A DNA stretch of 61,082 nt, the filler included, from Jimgerdemannia flammicorona (lineage: Eukaryota), in NCBI GenBank assembly GCA_003990765.1. It is 3 parts of 3 records of this genome, joined end to end, with 100 filler letters (N's around TTAATTAATTAA, not from the genome) between each part and the next. Parts side by side here need not be neighbours in the genome. Positions count along the whole stretch, not along the records: positions 20,401 to 40,691 come from RBNJ01001715.1; positions 40,792 to 61,082 come from RBNJ01001716.1; 1 more part is not named here. One strand, given 5' to 3'. The notes under the pieces were generated by a model, which saw nothing but the letters and a program-made list of their open reading frames with translations, had not been told where the DNA came from and ran no database searches. Below, in pieces: positions 32,401-45,849 of this stretch. The stretch's first letter is position 1, and each line of letters begins with the position of its first letter. The translations under genes were made by a program, and so were the position numbers.

Positions 32401-34335
32401 TAGTGCTCTAATTGAGTCAGGGAAATTCAAACCTGATTCAAATTTACTAACTATATATCTGATTTGAGCCAGTTCAAATTCATTATGTGATAAATTCAAA
32501 TCAGTTCAAATTTGAATTTATTATATGATGAGTTCAGGTCAATTTGAACCCAAATTAAATCAGCTCAAATTTACTTCAGAAGCTAGAATTCTGATAAATT
32601 CTTCTGATGATAAACTAAACTAAATTATAAATCAACTAGTGCAAATTAACGAGCCCACCAAAAACAGCAATTCTTTGGCAGAAAAAAAACCTAAAAAAAG
32701 AATACTATATTTGTTAAACTTTCACCAAATATTTAAAAACTATAACATAATATGAAAATTAGTTACCAAATATATAAAATATCTACAGATTTTTTTACTC
32801 TCCTAAGTTTCCAAAAAAATTATTATAGTAGTATATAGCTTCCAAGATTCTGTAATAGATACTTAGAGATAAACTATTCAAAACTTCCTCATCTTCAATA
32901 ACTATTGAACTGTATAGTTGATTGGAGTAAAACACCATCATCATATTAGACTCTAGCAGAACTCCAATACTGTAAGTCAAATTATAGAATAAGTCCCCAG
33001 ATTTTGAGATATACTGTTCTTTATATTTAATGATATAGAGTAAAATAGATATTATATCTTAATCAGTGTGAGTAAGAGAGCTTGTATATTGGTCAAAAAA
33101 TATGTTACTGACTTTTACTATATTTTGCTCAAACTGAAATCCTCCAAGTCTAAAATATATCCTAGATTGACTAAGATTTATCTGACCTCTATCTATTTCA
33201 GATAATTTCAAAGCTGATAAAGATACTGGTGCCAAAGTTGAGAATGCTGGGGATGCTGAGGATGCCAAGAATGCTAAGGATACTAAGAATATCAGAGATG
33301 CCAGAAATATCAAGAATGCCAGAGATGCTAAGGATGCCAAGAATACTAAGGATATTGGGATATTCCCTGAAATTTCCTCAGATGATAAATAATAGAGAGT
33401 ATTGAATTGGTCAAAAATTAGGTGAAGTAGGGGAATTTGTCATCACATCTGACAAGAAGTATTGAAAAGAAGTGAAGCCATCTCTATAACAGTTATTTCA
33501 TATTCTTTCTATTTATCTTATCTAATTTTTAGTTTAAAATTATTAAGAGATATGATATAGTAATGTATCCCTCTAGTATAGGTCAAAGTATAACTAGCTG
33601 ATATGTAAGATCCAGTTCTAGCTTAAGCTTTACTGTGCAATTTTGCTTTCCAAACTTTGAATGCCTCCTTACAAATATCTATCAAAATCTGGCTTGCTTG
33701 ATCTCTCAACATCCTCCTCCAAATGACAAGAACAACTTCCTCCATATTAGCAACTAAGAGAATATAATTGCAGTGTGAATTTAGAATGCCAGCTGGTAAA
33801 AGAGAGGACTCCAAAAATATCATAGTTCAAAAATAAGTTTAGTGCCCTTTTTCTTAAAACTTAATAGAATATTGCTATTCTACTTTTTCTAAATTTTGTA
33901 TATAAAGTATTATTGTCTGGCCTTCTAGAAGATCAAGCCTTGGAATTCTCAGTATTTCAAAATTCTACAAACTTGGGATATGAAACTAAGTCTAGATAAA
34001 TTTGGCCTTAAGATTTTACTAATCTACCCAATATTGGTATTATTAATTTAAAAAATCTACTAACTATATTTTACATCAATCCTTCTTTATTTTCTAAAAT
34101 TAAAATAAAAAGCAAAATAACCTTATAAATAATTTGGATGGGCACACCCCTATGCCCCCTCTCTCCTCCAAAAAAAAAAAAAAAAAAAAAAAAAATACCT
34201 CAGAAACTTAGAAAAATATTGAAAAATTCAATCATATATTTTCTGATCTATCAGAAAGGGCTCTCAGGAAAATGAAAATGCCATAGCTTAGACAATTTCT
34301 CATGGTAGAGGCTTCTAAATATCTCCTGAAGTGTA
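32401..34335 (-). mobile_element. Decayed hAT-like DNA transposon, continuing at ~40273-40480 beyond the LINE
   Basis: TAGTGCTC terminus with subterminal TTCAAAT repeats. Decayed dimerisation-like motif (EQYISKSGDL, ~32990-33020). 9-bp GATGCCAAG repeats at 33225-33360. Confidence 0.5.
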
Positions 34336-34479
34336 TCAATTCTTTGCTCTATTTTTTTTTTTTTTTTTTTTTATAGTTGCTTGGACTCCCTTTCTTTATT
34401 AATACCCATCTATTCCATATAATTACAATGATCCCACCCCCTATCCAATCCCCCTAGGGGGGCCCCCCTCCCCCTACCC

Positions 34480-37400
34480 CTTCTCTGTAAAAGATCACTT
34501 TGTCAAATACTATCCCCACCCTCCCACCACTCTGCTCACAGATCTTCATCACTAAACTGCAATGTCGTCCTCCCTGAGGACCCCAACCCACCCACCATCC
34601 GGTCAGCAGATCCCCCACCAGCTCCTCCTACCTTAACACCTTCTCATGTAGTCCCAACCACTACCCCTCCTCAAATACAAAAAGCCAATGGCCCACCAGT
34701 CCCACCCATACTACTAACACCCATCCAACAGTGAGCCAACTATCCCCCACCCCACCTACAAGCTGAGATCTTAAGTCCTCCCAGTGACCCCCCTCCCCCA
34801 CCCACCAATGCCCCACATCCAGTCTATCCCCTATCTTAGTCCAAAATTCCCCCAAGACCTCACACTCTCCCAGCCAATGTTCTGGTGTCTGTACCTGACC
34901 TCCAGCATGCCCAACATCGCAACACTTCTCGCAGTCAAATTGTTCACCCTCTACTAAATGCCCTGAGTGGAAATTCAGCATGACATTTCTCCGCAACATT
35001 TGCCACCATACCACCCAGAACTTGGGAGGAAGCCACCTCCATACCTCAGCACTCCAAGACCAGATGCCTGCCCAGTCCCACTCCTCTCCAATTCCAACTG
35101 CCTGCCAGCTACTTGGCCAAAGGTCCTGGCCAAGCCCCTGCTGACACTCCACTCCCTTCCCAATATCGAATGCAGCCAGTGGAGTACCCCCCAGGAGCAG
35201 TCTATCCCAACGCCACATATCAGGCCCCCACACTGCCTCCCCCTCGTTACCTTGCCATCACAGGCCAATTCGGTGTGCTCCATCAGCCACTCCCTACCAA
35301 AAGCCCTTGAACCGCAGCCTCCAAACTCCATTCAGCCCCACCAAAGAGAGCAGATCTCCAGAGACCCTCGGGGGGATGTTCGCATCTCCCATACCTTCTG
35401 CAGCAGAGGTACCCAACCTCTGCCCTACAATTCCACAGCTCTCTTCAACCACCAGGCTCGCAAGCAGTGCAGCCTCTTAGGGAAATCCACCAGACTAAGA
35501 CCTCCTCTGACTACTGGTCTCACAAGAGTATCCCAACTGATCTGAGACCTCCTCCCCACCCAAATTCAATCCCTAGCCACCTTTGTCAGCTTCTTCACCA
35601 CCCATGCTGGGAAGTTGAGGTGATATACTACATACTACAGCTTTGGGAACCAATATACATTCAGAATTGATACCTGCCCTGCTAGAGAGATATGGCGGCC
35701 TCCCCATCCTCGAAGGGCCTCCCCCCAACTATTCACTCTGCCCTCCCACCACACTTGTGGCAAGACAGAACCATATATAGAGAGGAAGATGCCCAGATAC
35801 TGCACCACCTCACCAGTAGGGACAATTGTTCCAATGACGTCCCCACCCACTAGCCCATTCCCTAGCACCATTGTCTCACACTTATACCAGTTGAGTTTTG
35901 CCCCCGAGTGAGCCTCATACCATTCCACAGTCTCCTGAAGTGCCTCTACATCCACCACAGACCCAAGTCCAACTACCATATCATCAGCAAAGGCCCCCAC
36001 CTTCTACACTATACTATATATAGAGAGCTCTGCTACCTTCTGGCGAATCCTATCCATCAACAGCTCCAGTGATAGGGCATAGAGAATCAGGGATAGAGGG
36101 TCCCCCTGAGGTACTCCTCTTCCCAAGGGAAATGCCCTCCCGTGGTGACCATTATACATCAGAGCTGCCTGACTACTTTCCAGCAGACTCAACATAGAGG
36201 CCCTAAATGTTGAGGGAACACCAATTCGGTCCAACACCTTTCCCAGCCACACTCACCATATACGGTTGTAGGCCTTCTCCTGGTCCAGAAAGACCAACCT
36301 TCCATCCAGTCCACAGGCCCGGGCCTCTTCAATGACACCATGAACCCATGCAGTCCCATCTCTTATTAGTCTGCCCCTAACAAAGCCCCTCTGCTCTTCC
36401 CCCAGCACCTGTTGGGCAACCTTCTGCAGCCTTACGACAATCACCTTAGTCACCATCTTCCTGTCCATATCCAGAAGCATGATTGGCCTCCAGTTCTTCC
36501 AGTCTTCCCTCCATCCCTTTTCTTTGTATAGTAAGGCCACCAGCCCCAGATCCTGCTCTCCAACCCACTCACCACTCTGAAGAACATGGTCACAAAGATC
36601 AGCCATCTTGCCCAACACTCCGGGGACATTTACCATCTTCTTTCAGAAGTCTCAAGGCAATCCATCCTCCCCTGGTACCATCCCAAGCTTAGTTGCTGCC
36701 AGGACACTCTGGATCTCCTCCCCCTGCACCGGTAAGATCAAGTCCCTCAGCCCAGCAATCTGCAGTAGCCCCCACTCATCCAGTGTATTTACAATCTCTG
36801 CCTCATCGGCACCCCCTTCTCCCTCACTCCACAAACCCTGCCATCTCTCCTTCAAGACCCCCAGGATTTGTTGCGTGCCATGAACTATATCCCCATCAGC
36901 ATCCAGGACCCCATCCCACCAATGACACACTCTCCTAGCTTTGAGAAGTCTCAATAAGTACCTAGTAGGCTGCTCACCCTCCTCAAGCCCCTGCCACCAC
37001 AGCCTAGCAGCCATACCCCACATATGGGTCTCCTCCTCTTCCCTCAGCACCTGTTGTAGTTCCACTATCTCCAATTTCGCCCTCGCTATCCTCCAATCCT
37101 CCACCCCTACAGCAGTGAGCAAATCTGCCCACTCTATATGTAGTCTCCTCAGTCTGCTGGAAGCACACCTTGTGCACCTCCTTCTCTACCTCCCAGCCTC
37201 TCTACCAGCCTCTCCCCAATAAACCCTTGCAGCCTCTTTTAACCTCATCCAGCAGACAGCCACAGGCAAACCCTCATGCTTCCAGATAAAAACTTTTGTC
37301 TGAATGTCCTCCACCCACAGTTCCCACAGCCCCTTCTCAGTCAGCAGGGAGGAGTTAAGGTGCCAATGTCCAGGTCCATCTCCACTCCCCCCAAACTGCC

Positions 37401-38100
37401 CCTGCCCCAACAGTCCCCAGTGATCAGACCATGGGCACCACTCTACTTCCAATGCCCTCCAAACATCCGAACTCCAGCACTCCACCATCAGAATCCAGTC
37501 AATCCTTGTACCCAGGCCATTCACCCAATACATGTAAACCCTGGTGTCACCCCACCTTGTTCTGTCTATATCCCCCAAGGAGCTTAATGTCTCCACCTCC
37601 TCCCATGCATCCAGACCTCCACTTCTACCCCTGGCACTCCTCCCTCCATCAGTTCTGTCCAGATGCTGATCCCGAACCATATTAAAGTCTCCACCAAGAA
37701 CATCGACCCCTTCCTCCAAGAGAATATCCTCCTCCAGCAATCCCCTAATCCATGCAATCCTCTCACCCCTAGCCGCAGGGCAGTAGCAAGAGCCCACCTT
37801 CACCAATTCCCACCCTGACTGATGCCAATCTCCCCAGACCAAGCAATCGCCCCAGCTCCTGATTTCCCCCAAGTCTCCTCTGTCCTTCCTCACCAGAATT
37901 GCTACCTTTCCAAACCAAGCAGCAGCTCCCCCCCACTCCCTAGTCCACTCTGCCCAATCATTCTCATCCTTACATTGAACATCCTGCAGTAAAAAGAGAT
38001 CAGCCTCCAATCCCTTGAGCCAAGTAAAAATGTTCCTACATCACCCAGATCCCCTTAGCCCATTCACATTCAAGGAAAAAATGTTGGTTGTACTGTTCAT
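34480..38100 (-). pseudogene. LINE ORF2: APE endonuclease, RT and C-terminal CCHC
   Basis: MNSTTNIFSLNVNGL, GGDFN, RIDW, SDHW; WRPIMLLD, QRGFVRGR, FLDQEKAY, GVPQGDPLS, AFADD; CEKC...EHWLGEC. Confidence 0.9.
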
Positions 38101-38132
38101 AAAGAATAATGATATATATCAGAGCCCATCCT

Positions 38133-40101
38133 CTAAAAGTCAGCATCCTGCCTCTTCTGCACTAAGTCCAAGTTAAGTTCAGCAGCCAGCTCCCTCTCCC
38201 CAGCTTCCCATGCCTCCAACTCTCCCAGAAGTTCTATCATTGCCCCATCCTCACACTCTTCAAAATCCTCATGATACTCCAGACAGGCCTCCTGCCAGAG
38301 CTGCAGACCCCAACACTCCACCCAACAGTAGTCTGCCCACTCAGTGGCGACCACCCCCAGCTCTGCCTTCCTCACCTCGTCAACCTCATATCCCTCCTCC
38401 TCCAGCAAAATCGCCAGAATCTTCACCTTCAGTGCCTCCACCATTCCATCCTCACACAGGATTCTTGCCCAATGCTCCTCAGGCATCACCCTCAGGTCTA
38501 CCTCTCCCAATGCTTCTGCTGCGAGGTTATCCATCACCTTGCATACCCACAACAAGTTCTCCACCTCCTTCCCTCCCGGAGTCTCCAGTCGCCCTGTATC
38601 CAACATCATGGTGTCAGCTCCTATACTAGCAGCCTCATCCCACTCCTCCTCAGGGACATCCACCAGCTCATCCTCGCCAACTGCCACCACCTGACCCCCT
38701 TGAGCCACATCAGGGACCCCAAAGTGCACCTGCTGGGCCCCCTGCATCTGTGTATCCTCCATCCTCCCTCACTTCCCCACTGGGCCCCTCCTGATAAGTG
38801 GGGGGGGGGTGGCATCCAACTCCGGCTCTCACACTTCAAAGGTACCATCAGCAAATAGGTCCTTGTCCAGCCCCTTCCCAGCTCCTGCCTTCTTCACTTC
38901 TACCTCCTCTCCTCCTTTACCAGCCCAGACACTGGCCTCAGCGCCTCCAGACTCCTCAGCTTCACCCAACTTCTTCTTCCCCCCACCTGTCATACTCGCC
39001 AACAGCTCCTTCTGCCTCTTGTATTCCTGGACCCACTCCCACTGCTTCTTATCCATATGGATACACCTCCCGCCCACTACCTCCAGATGTGTCGATTCCT
39101 CATACAGTTTCCAGGCCTTCGCTCTCCTCTCCACAGCACCACTCAACTCCTCCAGTGCCTCCAACAAGTCCTCCTCCTCCTCTTTGCTCCCCTTCACCCT
39201 CGACACCTTGCAGATGATGGCCCTCCACATCAGCACTAAGGGCCAGTCACTCGTCTTCCCTGTGGCCTCCTTCTCTGCCAACTGAATCCTGACATCGACA
39301 TCACCTGTCCTGATAGTTGTCCCCTCCCACAACTGAAATCCAATGTCCACCATATCTCTATACTCTACCATCACCTCCTCCACCCTCCTCCTAGTCTCCT
39401 CCTTAGTCACCGTGGGCACCCCCCTCACCAGAAGCTGCACCACCCTGGGGTCCCACCTCAAGCACCTTACCATGGGGACCACCACCTCTCCAACCACCAC
39501 TCTTGTCTTCATGGCCTTGTCCAGTAGGCCTGCCTCCTCAAAGCCCACCTCAACCCCCTCCATGCCCTTCAAGAACTTCACCGAGGCCACACCAGCCACC
39601 TGCTTCGAGATAAGCCCCAGGACCATCCTCACCATCACTGCCAAGCCCTGGAAGCACAAGGTAGCCGCAAACTTTGAGATTGACTTCTTGAGCAATGGGG
39701 CCACTGCCAGTCCCATTACACCATCAGCCAGATCCCCCTTCCACATCAGGAGCCCCTGCCCCCCCTGGCCATCAGCCATCACATCTCTTTTTTTTTTCCT
39801 GATTCACCACCATACTACCATCAGCAGTCCTGCCACTACCCTCAACCACTACTCCACTCCCTCCACCTCCCACCAGTGAAGGCCCAGCTCCCCCAGCATC
39901 TCCAACCTTCTGCTTCCCCTTTCCTCCTGCCTGTCCACTGCAGGCACCCCTCAGCCAACCCCCAGCCTTAAGTGCATTGGCAAAGCTCCCTCCCTACTGC
40001 CCTCCAGTCCCCCCATCAGTGCCTCCTCCACCCCCCGAGCTGCCCAGTCCACTTGATCCACCGAAAGACCCCATCCCCAGTCCATACCCTCTTCTGACAT
40101 G
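38133..40101 (-). pseudogene. LINE ORF1 (frameshifted)
   Basis: Homologous to 51147-53062 (APLLKKS.S.F, RTGDV.VR, EEEEDLLEALE). Confidence 0.75.
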
Positions 40102-40691
40102 CTGCCAGTCGAAGGCCCCAGGTCCATCTGACCTAGGATGTACATCAGCTTGCTTGCTGGTTGATATCTCCTTAATATCTTTCTCCAATAAATGATTTGA
40201 AAGTGTGTTATAAAGTGTGTGTAACATGAATTGTAGTGAGAGAGATGAGTATTTTGTCAATTCTTTGCTCTATATCAATTACATAAGCTAGTGAGCCCAA
40301 AAACCTTTCCAAAATATCATATTCCAAGAGTTTTCCAAAATCTAACCTGGGACCAACTCCACCAGATAGAAGGGTTGAGGGAATTGCCAAAGTAGTCTTC
40401 AACTCTCATCTCAAAGTAGTCAGCAATTCACTTAGGTTGAAATCAGTGGAAATAAAATTATCTTCTATTTTACAACAATGCACTAGAAGAACCCAGTAGT
40501 ATGAAGAGAGAGATTGTCAGAATGGAAAAAAAAAACATTATCAACAAGAAATACTGAGAGATGTGAGAGGATATTAGAGGATGCCAGAGACTAGCTATGA
40601 GAGATACTCCTCTAAAGAGAGAGAATATCATCAGTATAGATTAGAAGTCACTCTCTCAACTGATCTCTAGTCATCTTTTTTTTTTTTTTTT

Positions 40692-40791
40692 NNNNNNNNN
40701 NNNNNNNNNNNNNNNNNNNNNNNNNNNNNNNNNNNTTAATTAATTAANNNNNNNNNNNNNNNNNNNNNNNNNNNNNNNNNNNNNNNNNNNN
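40692..40791. other. Artificial contig linker
   Basis: N-run with TTAATTAATTAA. Confidence 0.95.
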
Positions 40792-42350
40792 CTAAGTCTT
40801 GGATCTGAAGGGGTGGTTCTGGTTGTCCTCTGAGTCGTCTCCTTTCTTTTGAAGTCAAACCGTAATCTGGGTCACTTCTTTCTTCTGATTCTGTTTTCTG
40901 GCTACTGGTGTTGAATAGAGTCCTGGCTACTGTTCTGACAAGGGTGTGGGCTTTCTTTTCTGCTGAGGAGGGCTGTTGCTGCCCCTGGTTTGGTTGCTGA
41001 CTTGGTCCTGCTAAGTTCTCCACTGTAGATAGCTGGGTTCTTGAGACAAATGGTCAAGTCTTTTGAAAACTTTCCCAGTTGAGCCCCCAAAATGTGGCGT
41101 CGGTTATGTATATAATGAACTTCAACTGCATGGCTCAATGTGTGCCACTGGTGAAGCGCGCAATGGATAACTGAATGTGTTGGTGATATTCGCAGCGGTT
41201 ACAGGTCGATGGTCATGTGATTGACTCATTCGATTCGTGCAATAACTGATAATAGTGGGAGTTCATTCATCGATGGCTCAATTGTTTAGTGTATAAGGGC
41301 GGCGAACTTGAATTTATGCGGCGACAACGGGCTTGCTCTTTATGCGGTCAATTAAAGCAGTCTGTGGCACAGTAGGTCGGGAATCGGTCGATGGCTCGCT
41401 CCTCCATCTTGTTTAACTTGAAAGGGTCCTGGCAGTCGTTCAGGTCTTTGGCAGTGGGTCAGTTTTTGGCGCTCTAGTATCCTTTGGCTGGGTATCCTTG
41501 GGTTCCTTGGTTTTCTGGGTCTTGAATCTCGAATGGCAGTCAAATGGCGGTGGTCCAAATGGCAGTCTGAACATGCGTTCCGAATGGCGGTTTGGTCTTG
41601 AATCCTTGGCTGGGTCTCAGGTCTCGAATGGTGGTCTGAATGGCGGTCCGAATGGCAGTCTGGTCTTGAATCCTTTTCGTGGCGGTGGTCTTGTAACATT
41701 TTCTTTCTTTCCATGGCAAGAGAAAATTCTTTAACTCAAACCTCGAGTGATCGTTGCTCTAGTTATCTTGTTCTCAGAATTTATCCAGTCTCTTGGAGGC
41801 AGTGGTTTCTTTGTAAACTAGAACTGACTGAGGTTTATTCACTCTAAGAATATGGGTTATTTATACAAGTTTGCTAGCTATGGGGGGGGGCGCGACTAAG
41901 GCTAAGGTATACTATGTTGTGGTGAACTTTGCTATGCTATTGGCTTGCACGATGCGTGGTGCAGGCTATTTGTTTACTACAGATTAGGTTGTAGGGGATA
42001 GCAATGCTGGATTCGGATGAGCAGGCAGGAGTGCTGACTGTTGCCAGAAACGGTTGTGGAGGGTAGCAATGCTGAAAATGGGTGTTGCTGACTTGCTGAC
42101 AAGAACGCTGAAAACAGTGGCACTGGATAGCAACGCTGGATTTGGACTTGCTGATAAAACGCTGAAAACGGTTGTGCTGGGTAGCAATGCTGGATTCGGA
42201 TGGGCTGACATGATACAACGGTTGTTGCCAGAAGTGGTTGTGGAGGGTGGCAATGCTGAATTCGGACCTGCTGACAAAAATGCTGAAAACAGTGGTACTG
42301 GGTAGCAATACTGGATTTGGACTTGCTGACAAAACGCTGAGTTCTCACGG
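40792..42350 (-). mobile_element. LTR-like region of another gypsy family with tandem repeats; boundaries unresolved
   Basis: The minus strand at ~41825-41885 carries ATAGCTAGCAAACTTGTATAAATAACCCA...GAGTGAATAAACCTCAG, nearly identical to the 6982 LTR core. Degenerate tandem repeats at 41480-41670 and 41990-42340. Confidence 0.65.
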
Positions 42351-42366
42351 CTAATGGGCAGTACTT

Positions 42367-43143
42367 CTAGAGGGAATAGTACCCTGTGGCAGGCAAATCT
42401 TGCTGGGTTGTGATTTCTTCTTCATCATATCTCTCCTCAAAGGGGGGAAGTGTCGGCCAAGAGGTGAGGGGGTAGAAAAGGGGCCAGTCATCTTCAACAA
42501 CATTCTCCAACCCTTGAACAGCTTGAATGCGGACAGAGGACTGGTAGACTCTCTGTTGCTCCTCTTCTTCTTCTGAAGGCTTGTCAGTTTCAGTGTCAGA
42601 GGGGGTTTCCTCAGGGGCAGGGTCTTGGAGTTCTTGGGCCTCCTCTTCAAAGACAGGAACTTCTTGGGCTTCTTCTTGATTTGGTTCCCAAATGATGAGG
42701 TGTGAATTGTGGCTGACAGGGTGGTGGGTGGTTGGGGTAGCTCCAACGGGTGTCTCTATAGTGATGGGCAGTCCTTCAAATATCTCCATAAGACTCATTA
42801 GATGACCTTGATGGTTGTCTCGGAGTGGGGTGGTGTGGAAACATGGTTGAGTAGGTTCGGTTTGTTGGCTTCCTACGGCAATGTGGTTGCTGCAAATAGC
42901 ATTGGCTACTTCAGATTCTATCCAGTCAGCATCTTCGGTTGATAGGTGGGAGAGGCTACCAGCTGTTACTCCTTGCAAGTATGCTATAGCCCAGGGAATA
43001 TGGTGGAAGATTTGATGGACATGGAGGGCTCTCTTGATTAGCCGGCTGGTGGTTAACATTTCGGCAATGAGGTCTTCCTGGTTGCCTTCTTGAGTCTCAT
43101 TGCGAAGGCGGTGTCCGATTTCATAGTCATGCCAGAGGGTCAT
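42367..43143 (-). CDS. Intact-frame accessory ORF3 homolog with an acidic tail (258 aa; may be 5'-truncated)
   Basis: HDYEIGHRL...IKRALHVHQIF...AIAYLQGVT matches EYFKLGQVL...IAKRIHKLF...AIDYLRGVT. It lies upstream of the LTR core. Confidence 0.65.
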   Translation of the reverse strand: MTLWHDYEIGHRLRNETQEGNQEDLIAEMLTTSRLIKRALHVHQIFHHIPWAIAYLQGVTAGSLSHLSTEDADWIESEVANAICSNHIAVGSQQTEPTQPCFHTTPLRDNHQGHLMSLMEIFEGLPITIETPVGATPTTHHPVSHNSHLIIWEPNQEEAQEVPVFEEEAQELQDPAPEETPSDTETDKPSEEEEEQQRVYQSSVRIQAVQGLENVVEDDWPLFYPLTSWPTLPPFEERYDEEEITTQQDLPATGYYSL

Positions 43144-43149
43144 TCAATT

Positions 43150-45845
43150 CTACCCCCACCCCTCACCCAATACTTCTTGGATCCCCTTCTTTATCTTCTA
43201 TCCCTCTCTGTTGAAGGATAACCCAGCCACCTGTCACCTGAACCCTCTCTCCACTTTTCTGGCAAATATACTTCACTAAACTCTATTGGCTCTCCCCACC
43301 TGGTCCCCACCCTCTCTACCAGCTATTCAAAATATCAAGTATTAATCATTCTCATCATGTCACCTTATCCCCAACCCCAACCTGCTGGCCCTCCTCAAAT
43401 ATATGTACCCAATGCTCAGCCAGCCCAATCCAAATTGCCAGAACCCAGTCTAAGGTCAACCTTTCATCCCCAACCCTGCTCACTAGCCTTTGGCAGAGGT
43501 CCCCCCATCTCCTTCCTTCCCCCCCCACCAATGCCTGCAGTCCTAACTGATTTGCAATGTGGTGCCAAAACTCCTCCAGAACTTTATACTCACTAAGCCA
43601 ATGTTCAGGCATTTGTACCACTCCCCCCTCCTGGCCAACATCTATACATTCCTTACACTCAAATGTGCCATCTACCACCAAGTGCTCAGACTGATAGTTC
43701 AGCATCACATTCCACCTCAGCAACCTCCACCATACTACCCAGAACTTGGGGAGAAGCTACTGCATCACCTGCTTGCTCCAAGGCCAAAGACTATTCCAGT
43801 TCCACTTCTCACCAATCCCCATTCTCTATCATGCTATAGGCCATAGATCTCCCCCTAGACCCTACATATAATCCATTCCATCACTAAGCTGAAAATCCTT
43901 CACCAATGTACCTCCCAGCAATAGTCTGTCCCATCTCCACATTCATGGGCCCCAGTTCTCCTCTCCCTCATCACCCTATCACCAAAGTCCAATTCTCCTT
44001 ACACCATCTACCATCCTTTACCAAAAGCCTTTATATCACATCCTCCTGCTCCCATCTATGGCCACTATTGTAAGCAGGTCACCAGTCACTCTACAAGAGG
44101 AATACCAGACTTTTCACACTCTCTGCATAAGTGGTACCCACTCCTGACCCCTCAACTCACTTGTCCTCTTCCACCACCATGCTCTCAGGCAGTGAAGGCA
44201 TTTGGTAAAGTCCACCAAGCCTAGCCTACCTCTGTCAACAGGCAGAGTAAGAATCTCCCATCCAATTTGACTTCACTGCCCAGCCCATATCTATGATCTT
44301 GCTATCTTCAGAAGTCACCTGACCATCTACACTAGGAAGTCCAGATAATACCCTACATATCACAGCTTTGGCAGCCAGTACACATTCAGCATCATCACCC
44401 TTTCTGCCAAGGATATATACCAACCACCCTACCTTAAGAGTACATTTCCCCATACTAGAAGCTACTGTTCCCACCATGCTTGGGGTAGGAGAGACCCATA
44501 TACTGAAAAGTAGATCTCCAAATACTGGACTGGTTCTCCTGCTGGCACTACTGTTCCAATCACATTGCCTCCAACTATTCCACCACCTAGCACCAGAGTC
44601 TCACATTTGTGCCAGTTGAGTTTGGAACTCAAGCCCCTCTCATACCATTCTCCAGATCTCCTTAGCTCCTCCAAATCCTCCAATAAATCTAGTCCAACCA
44701 CCATATTATCTGCAAAAGCCACCACTTTCCAGTTAATTCCCAAAATATCTAAACCCCCAATTCAACACCTAATCTTGTCCAATAGGGGCTCCAAGGAAAG
44801 GACATATAAGATGGGTGACAAAGAATCTCCTTGCAGCACCCCATAACCTAGTGGGAAAGTCACACCTCTGTGCCTATTTACCATCAATGCTGCTTGACTG
44901 TTCTCCAATAGACTGATTAATGACCTCCTGATTTCCAGGGGAACTCCTACTCATTTTAGCACCCCCTCTAATAGTGCTCTGAACGAGTCAATCTGGATGG
45001 GATTTGGATGGATTCGAATCAACCATTGTTTTGATTTCCAAATTAGACAATTAAATGTTTACATCATTAACTCGATGAATAATCATCCAAATTTAATGAT
45101 CTTGGTGTCATTTGAAAGCCCTTAATAGGACCTTTCTAATGATACTAAGAACATTAAAATCGGATTACGCGTTGCCGAGATATTAAGGAAACCGTTCTAT
45201 TTGATGAAATTTCCAAAATCGGCGATTCAGACGCTTTCATTCATAGGTCAGCACCGCATGATCCGATTTCAATTTTCTTGGTATCATTAGATAGGCCTTA
45301 TTAAGGGCTTTCAAATGACACCAAGATCATCAAATTTGGATGATTATTCATCGAGTTCTTGATGTAAACATTTAATTTGGAAATCAAAACAATGGTTGAT
45401 TCGAATACATCCAGATGGGATTCAAATCCCATCTGAGTTGATCCAGATGGGATTCAATCCAAATCAATCCGAATCCAATCTGGATTAAATTGACTCATTA
45501 GGAGCACTACCCTCTAACCAGATCCTCCTCACCCTGTTATATACCTTCTCCTGATCCAGAAATACTAACTGGCCATCAATCCCAGCTGCCTGAGCTCCTT
45601 CAATCACCCCATGGATCCAGGCAGTTCTATCTTGGATCAACCATCCACCAACAAATCCCCTCTGTTCCACTCCTAGTACATATCTGCTGAGCGATCCTCT
45701 GTAGTCTAGTTACTAAGATCTTTGTCACCAGCTTACAGTCTATGTTAAGGAGCATGATCAGCTGCCAGTTCTTCCAATCTTCTCTTCTCCCCTTATCCTT
45801 GTAGAGCAAAGTGACCAGCCCTAGGTGCTGGCCCCCAATCTATGA
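43150..45845 (-). mobile_element. Truncated L1-type LINE (RT to 3' end)
   Basis: WKNWQLIMLL, FLDQEKVY, AFADN, CKEC..EHW; similar to the other LINEs. Confidence 0.85.
44972..45509. mobile_element. hAT-type MITE (538 bp) with an internal ~165-bp inverted repeat
   Basis: TIR TAGTGCTC...GAGCACTA, 8-bp TSD CCCTCTAA (44964-44971 / 45510-45517), arms at ~45010-45175 and ~45258-45410. Confidence 0.92.
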
Positions 45846-45849
45846 TTCA

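Larger units (their letters stand above)
34352..40256 (-). mobile_element. Full-length L1/Tx1-type LINE (5.9 kb), decayed
   Basis: Poly(A) tail at 34352-34372 and 16-bp TSD TCAATTCTTTGCTCTA (34336-34351 / 40257-40272). ORF1 plus APE-RT ORF2. Confidence 0.93.

Noticed and set aside
34120..34215. Tiny poly(A)-tailed retro-insertion
   Set aside because: The candidate TSD (AAAATAACCTTATAAA vs AAAATACCTCAGAAA) is too degenerate to support.
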